From the NCBI RefSeq assembly GCF_001447785.1, contig NW_015175410.1, positions 152,230 to 216,229 on the forward strand: a DNA stretch of 64,000 bases, in the 5' to 3' direction. The translations under genes were made by a program, and so were the position numbers. This DNA is from Gekko japonicus. Lineage: Eukaryota. The notes beneath the pieces are model-generated. The model saw only the letters and a list, made by a program, of their open reading frames with translations. It did no database searches and was not told the DNA's origin. The first letter of the stretch is position 1, and each line of letters begins with the position of its first letter. Positions 1 to 11,570 of the stretch are shown here, piece by piece.

Positions 1-187
1 CAGAATCAATCTTATATGTGCTCTTTCCATGATTGGGGTAACATTTTCTTATCACTTGATTCATAACTTTCTGAAGTGGCAAAATTAGTTCTTATTCCAA
101 ACATTTATAATACATAGCTGTCAAGCCATCTGGACCCAGTGGTCTGTTTTAAAACTTTTTTATTGCTCGTGAGATTTGTATTGAAAC

Positions 188-704
188 CAGAGGTCGATTT
201 GGGGGGGATTGCGGGGGATCGCAGTTCCCCCGGGTGAGGTGATGTCAGAGGTCATTTCGAGGGGGATCGCGGGGGATCGCAGTTCCCCCGGGCGAGGTGC
301 AGGGGGGCGGGGCACATGACGAAGCCCCGCCCCTTCTTCCGGCCGCCCCCTTCTTCCAGCCTCATTCTGTTGCAGAAGGAGGAAGAAGCAGGAGGGTAAG
401 TTGGCGTCCTCCCCCTCTGCCTGGCCGAGGCCACTCCACGTGGCCTCCGCAAGGACTCCCAGCCCCATCCAGGAGCTTCCCCGAGGTAGCTGTGTTAGTC
501 TGTTGCTGCAAAATAGTCCAAGAGTTCAAATAGCACCTTTAAGACTAACAAATAGCACCTTTAAGACTAACCTTTAAGACTAAGACTAACTGAGTGGTGG
601 GTGTGGCCTTATGACACACTTCCGGTGATGTCAGGGTGTGTGGCATATGCTAATGAGTTATGCTAATGAGTTCCCCTAGCTCTTTTTCTACGAAACGACC
701 CCTG
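188..704. mobile_element. Non-autonomous hAT transposon (MITE), copy 1
   Basis: Termini CAGAGGTCG / CGACCCCTG. Perfect 8-bp TSD ATTGAAAC (180-187, 705-712). Homologous to 7412-7868. Confidence 0.88.
484..590. mobile_element. Penelope-like terminal fragment inside the MITE
   Basis: GGTAGCTGTGTTAGTCTG...GCACCTTTAAGACTAAC motif with local stutter. Related sequence at about 25685-25760, 46920-47025 and (reverse) 51680-51740. Confidence 0.55.
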
Positions 705-1224
705 ATTGAAACATTTTGATTCAGTGTATCTCTGTCTTTTACAGTTACACAGTTACTAGTTATTATAGGATAGTATTAGCCTTGTAGAAAGAAAAATGTT
801 TTCTTACTCTTTTTAAATGTTTCTAGCTTGTATGTTTTCCTACCTAGTCCCATTGATATATGGATAATGGAATGGAAATATACATGGAAATATAGTATTG
901 ATTATTTTACCATATTTTGATTTGTTATATTTTTTGCTATGATACTCTTTCATGTTTTATATTATATTATGCAATGTCCTAAAAATGTGTTTAACAAATG
1001 ATGTTTTATGCTTCTCACCTTTCCCTTTGTCCTTTTTCAATTTGTATCCCCTTAAATGGTAAAATAAAAGGTTTTTTTTTTAATTGAAATTTATATCATT
1101 GGTTTTGCCTAGCAAAGAAAATTTCACATGGGTGTGTGGTATTTGAGGTTAGAGGATTAAACACACACATATACACACACCATGGGAAAGCTCCACTACA
1201 ACAGCTAAATAGACAGGTACATGA

Positions 1225-1408
1225 GCATATTCAGTCTTATCCTTGGTCCATCAAAGTCACTATTATCTATTCACACTGGTAGCTACTCTGCAGGGTCTCA
1301 GACTGAAGTCTTTTACATCACTTCCTGGGCTTTTAACTGCAGATGGCAAGGACTGAACCAGGGACCTTCTGCATACCAGGCAGATGCTCTACTACTGAGC
1401 CACAGCCT
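1225..1408 (-). mobile_element. Old tRNA-derived SINE
   Basis: Reverse tRNA-like head GGACTGAACCAGGGACCTTCTGCAT...CTGAGCCACAGCC. A similar copy lies at about 57030-57170. Confidence 0.55.
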
Positions 1409-1489
1409 TTCGCCAGTGGGGCATCCCATGGGGGAGGATGGTTGCCTACATGCCCTACTTATAGGAGTAGGCCGGTGACATAGACTCAT

Positions 1490-2033
1490 TCAGGGTGGAA
1501 GCCGAGAGTGCTTGGCACCCCCCCAAAAGAAGCCCCTGCCACCCACACTGGAGTGGCTTAGCCGCCCCCAGCCGGCCTGGGCCTGCTTGGCACCCCCCAC
1601 AAAAGAAGCCCCCACCAGGCTGCCACCCACACTGGAGTGGCCCAGTTACCCACAGCCTGCCCAGGCCGGCCGGGGAAAAGCTCCTCAGTCAGCCTGGGTG
1701 TGCTCGACAACCCCTGCAAAAGAAGCCCCGGCCAGGCCACCCACACCGTAGCAAACTGACCCCTTCCAAACTTACCTTTCTGGCTTCTGGCAGTGGCAAG
1801 AAGAGGCAGCACGCGTGGCCCCCAGCTTGTCCTGGCCTGATTGAGGGCTGCTGTAAGCAGGTCTTAGCTGCCCTGGCTGCCTGCCTGCCCACCCACCTGA
1901 CTCTTGGAAAGGGAGGGGGAAACCTCTGCTTTGAAAGTGGGGAGGGTGCAGGTGTGGTGGCAAGCCTTGCGAGCTACAGGAGAGGGCTCCATAAGCTGCA
2001 CTCTGCTTGCAAGCCATGGTCTGGCCACCCCTG
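1490..2033. mobile_element. GC-rich partial hAT MITE with internal tandem repeats
   Basis: Ends in GGCCACCCCTG, a hAT-type TIR also seen at 48561-48571. Repeated units GCTTGGCACCCCCC...AAGAAGCCCC. No TSD found. Confidence 0.45.
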
Positions 2034-3802
2034 GCTAAGTGAACTTCTGGTTTGAGGCAGCAGGGTTCTCCTCGTTCTAGGCTCATGTAAAATCTTCATT
2101 CCCAGAGTTACATTAGAAATAAAATACAAATCTGAAGTCCTCTTTCCTTGGGGTGTAGGGTGACTTGAAGTTGCTGGTGCCCCAGAAAACCTTCTGCTGC
2201 ATTGTGACTCAAAACCAAAACCAAAACCAAAAATAAATAAATCAAGATGTAGAAATCTGAAATCCATCAGTTTCTTCCTTATGTGCCTTGATGGGTTTGT
2301 TTGTTTTTGACTGTGATTGGTGGTGCACGTTGTAAACTTGGAAGTACAAGACAACTGCCATGAATAATTGACACTACGCCTATATTAGGTCTCAAATTCC
2401 ATCATTTAGAAGTGAGCAGTCACTCTTCAAGCAATTAAAAGTAGCTCTCTGTCCCTCTGCCAGTGCTGCTGTAGGTCCTTTCTGCATTTGCCAGCTGCTC
2501 CAGATTTTCTCAGTGTTTGAGTGGAGGCAATTTAATTGCACAGCAAAACAGCATTCAAAGAACCCGGGGCAACAGCAGGCTGAAACCCGGCTGACCACTG
2601 AAGGGAGGTCATGTAATGCAGACTGGGGAAAGAAACCAGAATAAAAAGAAGGTTGAAGCCGATTTTAGTGCAGAATGGGGGAAAAAAAACTGGATTAAAA
2701 AGGCTGAATTTGATTTTAGTGCAGAATTGCTTAGCGGACACCACAGTGAACATGGATTAAAAGGAGAGAGCAGAAAGGGCTGTAGTCACTTATGTATCCT
2801 TCCCTTTATAGCTACCATAGCAGCTTCTCTTTTCTTCTCATTTGAAGAAGGAAGGCACACTGAGCAGGGAGTTGGACTAGATGGCTGGGCTGGCCCCTTC
2901 CAACTCTGTTATTCTATGATTCTACGTCCCTTTGCTCTGGATGGGAAAATGAAAGTGCCCTTTCGCATCCACTTCTCCTCCTCCTCATTCACCTGTACAC
3001 ACACACAGACCCTTGCCCTGGTTGGGAAAGGAGAATGCCCTTAACTCCCCCCCCCCCAAACACACACACATCAAAGTTGCTATTTGCTTCTTCCAGGGAA
3101 AACACAGACGTAACTGTGTATTTTTCCTTACAGACCCAGTTCCAATTTGGGGTGGGGATGGTGTTTGCATTGGGAAAATATCAAATGAAAGTTTCCAGTA
3201 CCCATACACGGCAGACGTGACTGGAAATGCTATAATTTTTGGCTTCGTTGCCATTTTGTGACTGGCTCCACCCAGGAAGCCAGAAAGAACTGAGGAAGTC
3301 GCTAACAAAGAAGGTCCACTTCAATAAGATCTACCAATAACAAAGGTAGTACATATATAACAGAGGCAGTTTGGAGCTTTAAGCAGATAAACATATTTTT
3401 GCCCACTGATGAGAGTTCTACTTAGTGAAAACTTTATTGATAGATGAAACGCAAGGATTTATTCCTAGTACAATTCAGACTGAGACACAAGGATCATCAT
3501 AGTTGTAAGACTACTAAAAGAATAGACTACAATGGTTTTGCATTAAAGAATAGTTCTGAGGAAGTCCATGCACGAAACGAAGTTCAGCCCGGGATCTTCG
3601 TTAGTTGTCTTGTTAGAGTTGTCCTGTTAGTTACTTTCATGCGTATTCATATCATTATATGTACTACCTTTGTCGAGTTGTTTTCTTAGCTATTTTTTGT
3701 TAATTGCTCTTTATGTATAGTCACATTGTCACAATGTCACTGTTATTTTGAATTATTACAAGTTATTAGTAGCTCTTATTAAAGTGGATCCACCCAGAAA
3801 AC

Positions 3803-4148
3803 TGTGGTGGCTCAAGTGGTTAAGACGCTGAACTGCAGGCTGTGGAAGGTCAGTAGTTCAGCAGTTCAAGACCCGGGTGCCGCAAGATGGGGTGAGCTCC
3901 CATCTCTAGTTCCAGCTCCTGCCAACCTAGCAGTTCGAAAGCAAGAAATTGCAAGTAGATAAATAGGTACCACTTCAGTGGGAAGGTAACAGCGTTCCGT
4001 GCGCCTTGGTGTTTAGTCATGCCGGCCACATGACCACGGAAATGTATTTGGACAGCGCTGGCTCTTCGGCTTTGAAACGGAGATGAGCACCGCAACCCTA
4101 GAGTCGGATTCGACTGGCTTTCGAGCAAGGGAACCTTTGCCTTTTTAT
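3803..4148 (+). mobile_element. Sauria SINE
   Basis: tRNA-like head GGTGGCTCAAGTGGTTAAG, core CCTGCCAACCTAGCAGTTCGAAAGC and ACCTTT tail. TSD CCAGAAAAC. Near-identical to 37901-38248. Confidence 0.9.
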
Positions 4149-4337
4149 CCAGAAAACCACCATTTTGTGACTGGTAATTCCCAAGACTCTTGAAAAAAAA
4201 AAATAGCTCAGAGAAACAAAAAGTCTTGCCCTCCCTTGGCATAAGCCATATGCTGCCAGCTGGAACACCCCTGATTGAGTCTAAAAGGTCCATTATGCAC
4301 GGAGCACTTTTTAGGTGTGAAATGAATATTGTAAATT

Positions 4338-4790
4338 AGTTGCTGTAGATTTTCCGGGTTGTGTGGCCGTGGTCTTGGCATTGTAGAACCTGATGTTTTG
4401 CCAGTAACTGTGACTGGCATCCTCAGAGGTATAAACACAGAAAGATGGAATACTCTCTGTGTCAAGGTGAGAAGAAAATGGTAGGCAGTAAATTTATGTC
4501 TACTTCAGAAGGTGGGTAGGGCTGAGTCATTGTCTTGTAGGAGTTCCCTAGGCTATGGACATGCTAATGGAGGAGCTTTCCTGAGGAGGTTCTTTTGTTT
4601 CCTGCTTCCTGAGGAGGTTGTTGAAATTCTAATCCTATCTGTACTGCTATTGTCTGATGTTAAACCTTTTTGTGTTTTTCAGGACAGGAAGCCATGTCCT
4701 ATTTATTTTTAAACTCGCTTCTATCCTGTTGAAATTATGTTTATGTTTGTGAATTTCAATGGCTTCCCTGTGTAATCTGTGTAATTTATA
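4338..4790 (-). mobile_element. Penelope-like element, 3' fragment
   Basis: Minus strand near 4740-4780 encodes RLHREAIEIHKH, typical of the GIY-YIG endonuclease C-terminus. Characteristic terminal repeat sequence at 4340-4430. Confidence 0.65.
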
Positions 4791-5434
4791 TGTGTTAAAT
4801 TAGGATGTGTAAACCACTTTGTGCCTTGGAAGGAAGCCAAGGAATAAATATTTAAACACATAAATAAATAAACGTGCATCAAGACTCTTGGTTTACAATG
4901 AGGCAGAAGTACCAGCAGCTCCGAAGAGGATTTCATCCAGAGACTACCGTGAATAAAACAAGCCTGACTGTTCAGACAGGCCATTTTCTTTGCTCTTCGA
5001 TCCCATGGATTCAATTGCTGCAAAGCTCAGTCCTGCCATCCAAATAGGAACTATCACAAAACTATGCCTCCTTCACTATTTTAGTTGCCTGCTTGAATGA
5101 CCCTGGTGGTGACAGGTATTGCACTTCCCAGTTCTGGCAAGTGTTATTTTAAACTTTCTTTTAAACCAAGAGAGCAGAATGAGGGCAGGGAATGAGTAGA
5201 GGGTTTGGGTCTCTGTTCCCCACCCTGTGTAACAGTCATACAGGAGCTGCAGGTTTCCCCATTGTCCTGATTCAGACTAGGACCATGGCGTGTTTGCACA
5301 TGCTGCACCATTTTGCTGACCTGAAATTATTGGGGGGGGGGGAGGAAGCACTGGTTGGCTTTCTGGGAAAGGCCAAGTGTTCCCTGGGATACATGTGGGT
5401 TTCTCCAATGGGACACATAACACCAGTATCATAT

Positions 5435-5620
5435 GAACATAAAAGAAACCATGTTGGATCAGGCCAATGGCCCGTCCAGTCCAACACTCTGTGTCACACA
5501 GTGGCTTAAACCAAGGTGCCATCAGGAGGTCCACAAGTGGGGCAAGAACTCCAGAAGCCTACACCCACTGTTGCCCCCCCCAAGCACAATAATACAGAGC
5601 ATCACTGCCCCAGACATAGT
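5435..5620 (-). mobile_element. CR1 LINE 3' UTR fragment
   Basis: Reverse complement matches the CR1 3' end at 20830-21010. Confidence 0.8.
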
Positions 5621-5964
5621 GTTCCAGCCAAAAGCCACTGAGAAGAAAGTGTTTTTGGGAGCTCCACCCCCGACTTCAGTCTTTTTGCACCCCAGGATCC
5701 CTTGGCTTTCAAAAGTCAGGGGCAAAGATGAAATCCATCCATTTTGATATAAGCAGGGTCTCTTGATTAAAGCAGGAATTCCCCTAGGTACTTTCAAGAA
5801 GTAGTGGTTTGACGGACCCAGTGCTCCAAGAGAATATAAATCAAGTGTCTTTTTGTTTGACACTCCAGAGCGCCTCCCACCCATAGCCAACAGCCTACAT
5901 CAATTATCTGCAGCCAGACCCATTGTCGTGCACATCGTCAGATACTTCTTTTACCACCAGAGGC

Positions 5965-6128
5965 AATAAACCTCTGAATAACAGTAGTAGGAGGTAATAT
6001 CTGAGGAAGGCCTCAGATTCTATGCCCTGTTGTTGGACCTCCAGAAGTGGTTGGCCACTTTGTGAGACAGGATGCTGGATTAGATGGACTACTGGCCTGA
6101 TCCAGCAGGGCTCTTTTTATGCTCTTAT
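5965..6128 (+). mobile_element. Older CR1 3' UTR fragment
   Basis: GGATGCTGGATTAGATGGAC...CTGATCCAGCAGGGCT tail, shared with 25400-25670. Confidence 0.65.
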
Positions 6129-6443
6129 CATAGCAAGTTTGAAGGAGGACAGCTTGGATTCAGACATCACAACAGATGCTAAAGCTGCACCACTTAAGAG
6201 TGCAGCCCAGAATTCTACCAATGGGAAGCCTGATCTGGCACTTTTGACCAATGCCATCGTGGATCCTAATTCTGTATCAAATTTGGCCAGTAGCAGTACT
6301 CCCCCTAGTTGTGCCCAGGTAAATCCAGGTGCATGAGAAGGGAATCTCAAGCCCACCATTTTTGTAGCTGGCTGTGCTCCTGAGCCTTCCTTAAATACTA
6401 AAGTCACAGCTTCCACCCCTCCACCTGGGAGTTGGTTCTGCTC

Positions 6444-7894
6444 TGTAACCCCACCAGTGTGCCCTGCATCAGAGGGCAGCCTGTCACAGGTACCCTCACC
6501 CCTGAATTAGCCCAGGGTCCCTAAGAAGGCATTGCTCCTGCGTCTGTGGTCAGTCCTAAGAGGGGACATGGACACACACATATGAACATGGGAGCTGGCC
6601 TAAAACATGGGCCCTGGAGGAAGTGGAAACAGAACATGTGTCTTGCCTACATGGAACCTGCCCCCCCCCCCCCGAAGTATCAATGTTCTTTGCATTCCAG
6701 CATGTCCCCAATATGGAGATCTTCTTTCTCCAAAAAGTTCTTTTTCTCTCTCTCATGTGTAAATACATTTCTTTATGGCTCCCATCCGGGGTCATACGTC
6801 CTTTTAAGTGTAAAAAGTTCCCTGGAAAACAGATTTATGGTCCTCTTCCTGAGCAATTCTCCTGGGTTACCAAAAACTATTAACTTTGAAGTATCAGATA
6901 GTATCAGCCATCAACACTCCATGCATCCTCCAGGATGTACCCAATAGGGTGCTATTGCAACATTTGTTTAAGATTTGGAAAACCCCTAACTGAAGATCGA
7001 AAACCTTTTGGTTCTTTTGTTCAGACCCATAGCCCTGCCCCTCAGGATACCTTCTATAATCTATAAAAACGGCTGCCCAGCCACGGCTCTGTGTGACACT
7101 CTAGGGCACCTAGCAGAGTAGCACCCTCAAACTCACAGTTTGGGTCCCCTTGTCCGTGATATGCTGGTTGTTCACAATCTCTTTCCATTGGACCTCTGCA
7201 CATCTGCATCTGTAAATATTGCCTCAAACTACCTATATGTCTCTACGCTCCTCTGTTTTGCTGTAGCCTTGTATGTGTGTGTAATTTGATTGATTTGTGT
7301 GTATGCTTTGTATTTAAATCAGTATTTTTCAATAAAACAACCTTCTTTCAGCTTAGTCCCAATTATCGGAGAGTTTCTCTCCCTGAAACTGACTGACCCT
7401 AGTATACACAGCAGAGGTCATTTCGGGGGGGGGGAACGCAGTTCCCCCGGGTGAGGTACCGGGGGCGGGGCACATGACGAAGCCCCGCCCCCTGCTTCCG
7501 GCCGCCCTGCTTCTGGCCCTCATTCAGCCAGGAGGAGGCAGAAGAGGGAGGGTAAGTTGCTTCCTCCCTGCCTCTCCCCAGCCCTGCCTGCCTGGGGCCA
7601 GGGAGTGCCTTCGCGGGGCTTCCTTGCACTCCCGCCGGCCTTGCAGGTCCACCGCCGGGCCCCTCATGGGGCTCAGCAGTGGAGCTGCAAGGCCGGCGGT
7701 GGCAGCCGGGACCGTTGGGGGCGGGGTGTGTGGCCTTATGACACACTTCCGGTGATGCCATGGGGTGTGGCCTTATGACACACTTCCGGTGATGTCAGGG
7801 GGTGTGGCATATGCTAATGAGTTATGCTAATGAGTTCCCCTAGCTCTTTTTCTACGAAATGACCCCTGATACACAGGTGTAAGATCCTGTTACA
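6444..7894 (+). mobile_element. Solo LTR (about 1 kb) interrupted by a hAT MITE
   Basis: TGTAAC...GTTACA termini. Flanks GCTC/CCTC form a 4-bp TSD with 1 mismatch. TATAAAA at 7062 and AATAAA at 7331. Confidence 0.7.
7412..7868. mobile_element. Non-autonomous hAT transposon (MITE), copy 2
   Basis: 14-bp TIRs CAGAGGTCATTTCG / CGAAATGACCCCTG. Perfect 8-bp TSD ATACACAG (7404-7411, 7869-7876). Confidence 0.92.
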
Positions 7895-9502
7895 CCTCTT
7901 TTGCCAACGCTGTCTCCTCGCTAATTCCCCCATTTAAAAGGAGACAGGCAGTTCAGATAATAGCTCTGGTACCTTCTTCTAGCACTGGCAGCATGAAATT
8001 ATTGGACTCTCCTCATTAAGACAGGCAGAGTATGCTTTCTCTCTCCCGTTCTACTTCCATTCCCAAACTGACCATATCTCTCTATCTGCCCTCCTTCTAT
8101 GAACTTCTTCCTCCCCCCTCATCTTCCCAGGTCCTTCCCCATAGCATCTTCATCCGGCTAGGGGCTCCTTCCCTTTTTATTCCCAAAATCCTTTCCCGCT
8201 TAGCGTACTTCATCTTTTGGTCCCTTTTAGGGCACCCCCTTGCCTATCTTTTCTCTTTGGGATGGTTTCTCTGAACTAAAAATAACTTTAATTGAATAGT
8301 TCGCTTCTAGTAATACAACTGAACACTATGATTGTGGAACATGAATATCCATCATGAACAAAAGGGTTAAAAACTTTTAATGTATACGTAATCCTAAATA
8401 AAACAGGTTTTATATATCAAATATGTGTTGCAACAGACTGAGGCAGCTGCCTCGCAGTCGTGACACGCTATTTTATTTAGGATCACATTAAATAGCCCTT
8501 CTTCCCACTGCTTTTGTGCTCACAGTCATCGATATAAAACAGAATCGCCACTTCACAGATTCACACAGGGAAGGAAACCACAGTGGCATTTTTGTTAGAT
8601 CATCATTACTTGCAATGGTGTAGTTTTACTAAAATCTCCCATGATCATATGGTACTAGTCGAAAACTGGGCTAAACTGTAAGCAAAACCACTGGATCTTT
8701 TCCAGAGTAGGTGGTTTTGTCGATTACAGTTTAACACTTTCTACTCTTGAGGAGAGAGAAAAAAATCTGCCAGGAGTCAGTACTGGCCTGTAAACAAAGC
8801 TTTACTATGCAACAAAGATGAATATGGGGAGATTGTTTACCTTTGGCCGCCTGCCATTTCTTTTAAAATGCAAGTTTTTCTTCTCTGCTTTTTTCTTTCA
8901 CCATTAAGCCATAAACTGGTGATAACAGAGGTAGTCTGGCTTCCCTGAGTGCAGAAGGCACATAAATGCTAGAACAGAGTAAGCACCCCCTGGCATGCAT
9001 GCCAAACAGCATCATACTCGATGCACAGGGCCAGTTTACCACCCAAAGGACTGAAGCTGAGCTGAAGGCACCAGGTGTGCCATCAGGGTGCAGCTGACTC
9101 CATATACATTCTATCCCTTCTCCACTTTGCTGGGGCACCAACATCATCATAGGTAGACATTGTGTGTGTTTTGGTACTCGGGCAAAAAGGTTACTTACCC
9201 CAGTGACAGGAGTGAGCAGTAGTACATTTCTGTGACCTGCAGGATGTCAAGAAGACCTGAACAAGGCTGTTAATGATAGGACATTTGGAGATCATTAATT
9301 CATAGGGTTGCCATAGGTTAGAAGCAACTTGACAGAACTTAACACACACGAAGATGTGTGGATAACAGAGTCTGATGAAGACATAATATGAGGACAGTAG
9401 AGTGGCTATTGGAACTGTGTATTCCAATAACAGGAACTATAAGATTAAGAAGTACAAGAAAAGTAGTTGCACATCCCTTTGGCGATACCCACTGGCCTCA
9501 AA

Positions 9503-9983
9503 GTTGTTATTGTTCAGTCGCATAGTCGAGTCCGACTCTTCGCAACCCCATGGACCAGCTCCCGCCAGGACTTCCGGTCTTCCGCCGTCCTCTGAAGTTT
9601 GCTCAACTTCATGTTCGTTGCATCGATGACACTGTGTAACCATCTCATCCTTTGCTGTCCCCGTCTTCTTTGACCTTCAATCTTTCCCAGCATCAGGGTC
9701 TTCTCCAGTGAGTGCTCCCTTCTCATTTGGTGGCCAAAGTATTTGAGCTTCAGTTTCATTATCTGGCCTTCCAGGGAACAGTCAGGGTTTATTTCTTTTA
9801 GGATGGACTGATTTGATCTTCTTGCAGTCCAAGGGACTCTCAAGAGTCTTCTCCAGCACCATAGTTCAAAAGAATCTATTCTTCGGCGCTCGGCCTTCCT
9901 TATAGTCCAACTCTCACAGCCGTACATGACTACTGGGAATACCATTGCTTTGACCATGCGGACTTTTGTTGGCAGGGTGATGT
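9503..9983 (-). mobile_element. RTE-BovB LINE, 5'-truncated
   Basis: ORF 9514-9957 reads VKAMVFPVVMYGCESWTIRKAERRRIDSFELWCWRRLLRVPWTARRSNQSILKEI. (CAA)n-type tail. Confidence 0.92.
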
Positions 9984-10140
9984 ACTTAGCATTAAATCCT
10001 GATGAGAGAGATCCTAATTTTTTCCACCATTACAACTGGCCATTAGCCTTCCTCAAGTAACTTGAAATTAGCCTGAATTATCCAGTGGCTGAGCTTTGTA
10101 TTATTGCCACTGGGTGTTCCAGATTAGTGCACTGTTAACT

Positions 10141-10768
10141 ACCTATATTAGACTCACAAAACCTTATTAACATTGTTTTTATAAGCGTCCAGTCGACCTT
10201 GCGTACCTTTCCGAGAGGTGTGTTTTTGCTTTAATCAAGCAAAGACTTATTGATATTGAGATGCAAGAACTTAGAAGTCTTGCCTCTGGTAGATGTTCCC
10301 CTTTGTGGTGGGGGATGTCCACTAATGGTGTTTTGGCTGAGTACTTCTCCAGCTTGACTATTTCTGAGCATCGGAGGGCATTTATGTTAGCTCGTTTTAA
10401 TGTTCTTCCCTCTGCGGTACTGTACGGGAGGTTTAAAAAAATGCTATATTCCTCTAGGCTTTGTTCTTGCGGTCTGGGGGAGATAGAAAGTACTGAACAT
10501 GATCTCCTGCACTGTATATTTTACTGTGATATTCGTGCCATATATATAGAACCTCTGCTACAAATTCACACGAGTCAATCTGATGTTTGCAAGACAGGTT
10601 TTTTTTACTATCTTCCCATAACTCTGAGATCATTGATTTGGTGGCTAAATTTCTATGTTGTGCCACCAAGAGGAGAGGAATGTTTCAACTCCAGCAATGA
10701 AGGTTGTACCCTTTATCCCTTGATGATCTATGTTTTGTTGTGATGCCAATAAAGGTAGCTGATGATGA
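10141..10768 (+). mobile_element. LINE 3' fragment (RTE-X-like) with C-terminal Cys/His knuckle
   Basis: RRAFMLARFNVLPSAVLYGRF...RLCSCGLGEIESTEHDLLHC, then AATAAA and a (TGA)n tail. TSD TGTTAACT (10133-10140, 10769-10776). Confidence 0.7.
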
Positions 10769-11089
10769 TGTTAACTGCTTGGTACCAATTAAAGGTCCTT
10801 GAATGTGTAAATTATGTGTGATGTCATTTGGGGTATAAGACCCTCTGCCCTTCCTGGTTTAATCGTAATTTCCCGTTTTAATTGCAATAAACAGATATTC
10901 TTCTAACTCATTGGACTCTGACTGTGTGATTGCAATTCGGGGTCAAGGTGGAGAAGTGGGGAATCAAACCCGGTTCTTCATATTAGAGTCTGCTGCTCTT
11001 CACCACTACACCACACTGCCTCTTTGGTTCAACACTTTGAACCAGGAGCTGGCTCACAGGACTCCACAGCTCGGAGGAAGCATTGTAGC

Positions 11090-11289
11090 CAGTGTTCCCC
11101 CTAAGCTAAGCTAGTGTGAGCCAGCTCACAGTTTCTTAGCCTCCAGCACACACATTTTTTGTCTTTGCCCAGGAAGGAGGACTCCAGAGCCAACCGATTT
11201 AGGCAGCAGCCAGATCACCCTGCCCACCACTTTAATGCCAGGAACTCGCAAAGTAGGATTTCTGCTCGCAGGAATCAGAGGGAGCACGG
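11090..11289. mobile_element. Short hAT-type MITE
   Basis: Degenerate TIRs CAGTGTTCCCCCTAA / TCAGAGGGAGCACGG. No clean TSD. Confidence 0.45.
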
Positions 11290-11392
11290 ACAACTACACT
11301 GGACTCCCGGCTCCAGCCATTCGAGAGGGATGCAGAACGGCGCACTGTCACGTCTGTCGCCGCCTGAGCACCGGGTCTCTCCCACACACACA

Positions 11393-11570
11393 CAGGCTGG
11401 CATAGTGGTTAAGTATGTAATCTGGGAGAACTGGGTTTGATTCCCCCACTCCTTGGGTCAGCCATAAATTCTCTCAGGGCTGTCCTTGAAAAAAAGCAGT
11501 TTCTGTCAAGAGCTCTCTCAGCCCCGCCTACCTCACAGGGTGTCTGTTGTGGGGAGGGGGAGGGAAAGCT
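11393..11570 (+). mobile_element. tRNA-derived SINE fragment
   Basis: Reverse complement of the SINE at 52457-52738 (GTGGTTAAG...CTGGGAGAACTGGGTTTGATTCCCC). Confidence 0.75.

Noticed and set aside
1495-2055. 186-aa Pro-rich ORF and similar GC-rich ORFs (160-533, 7399-7778, 11486-12079)
   Set aside because: They are low-complexity frames inside MITEs or repeats, overlap on both strands, and show no domain or splice support.
3803-3900. tRNA gene
   Set aside because: It is the head of a Sauria SINE with a body, tail and TSD.
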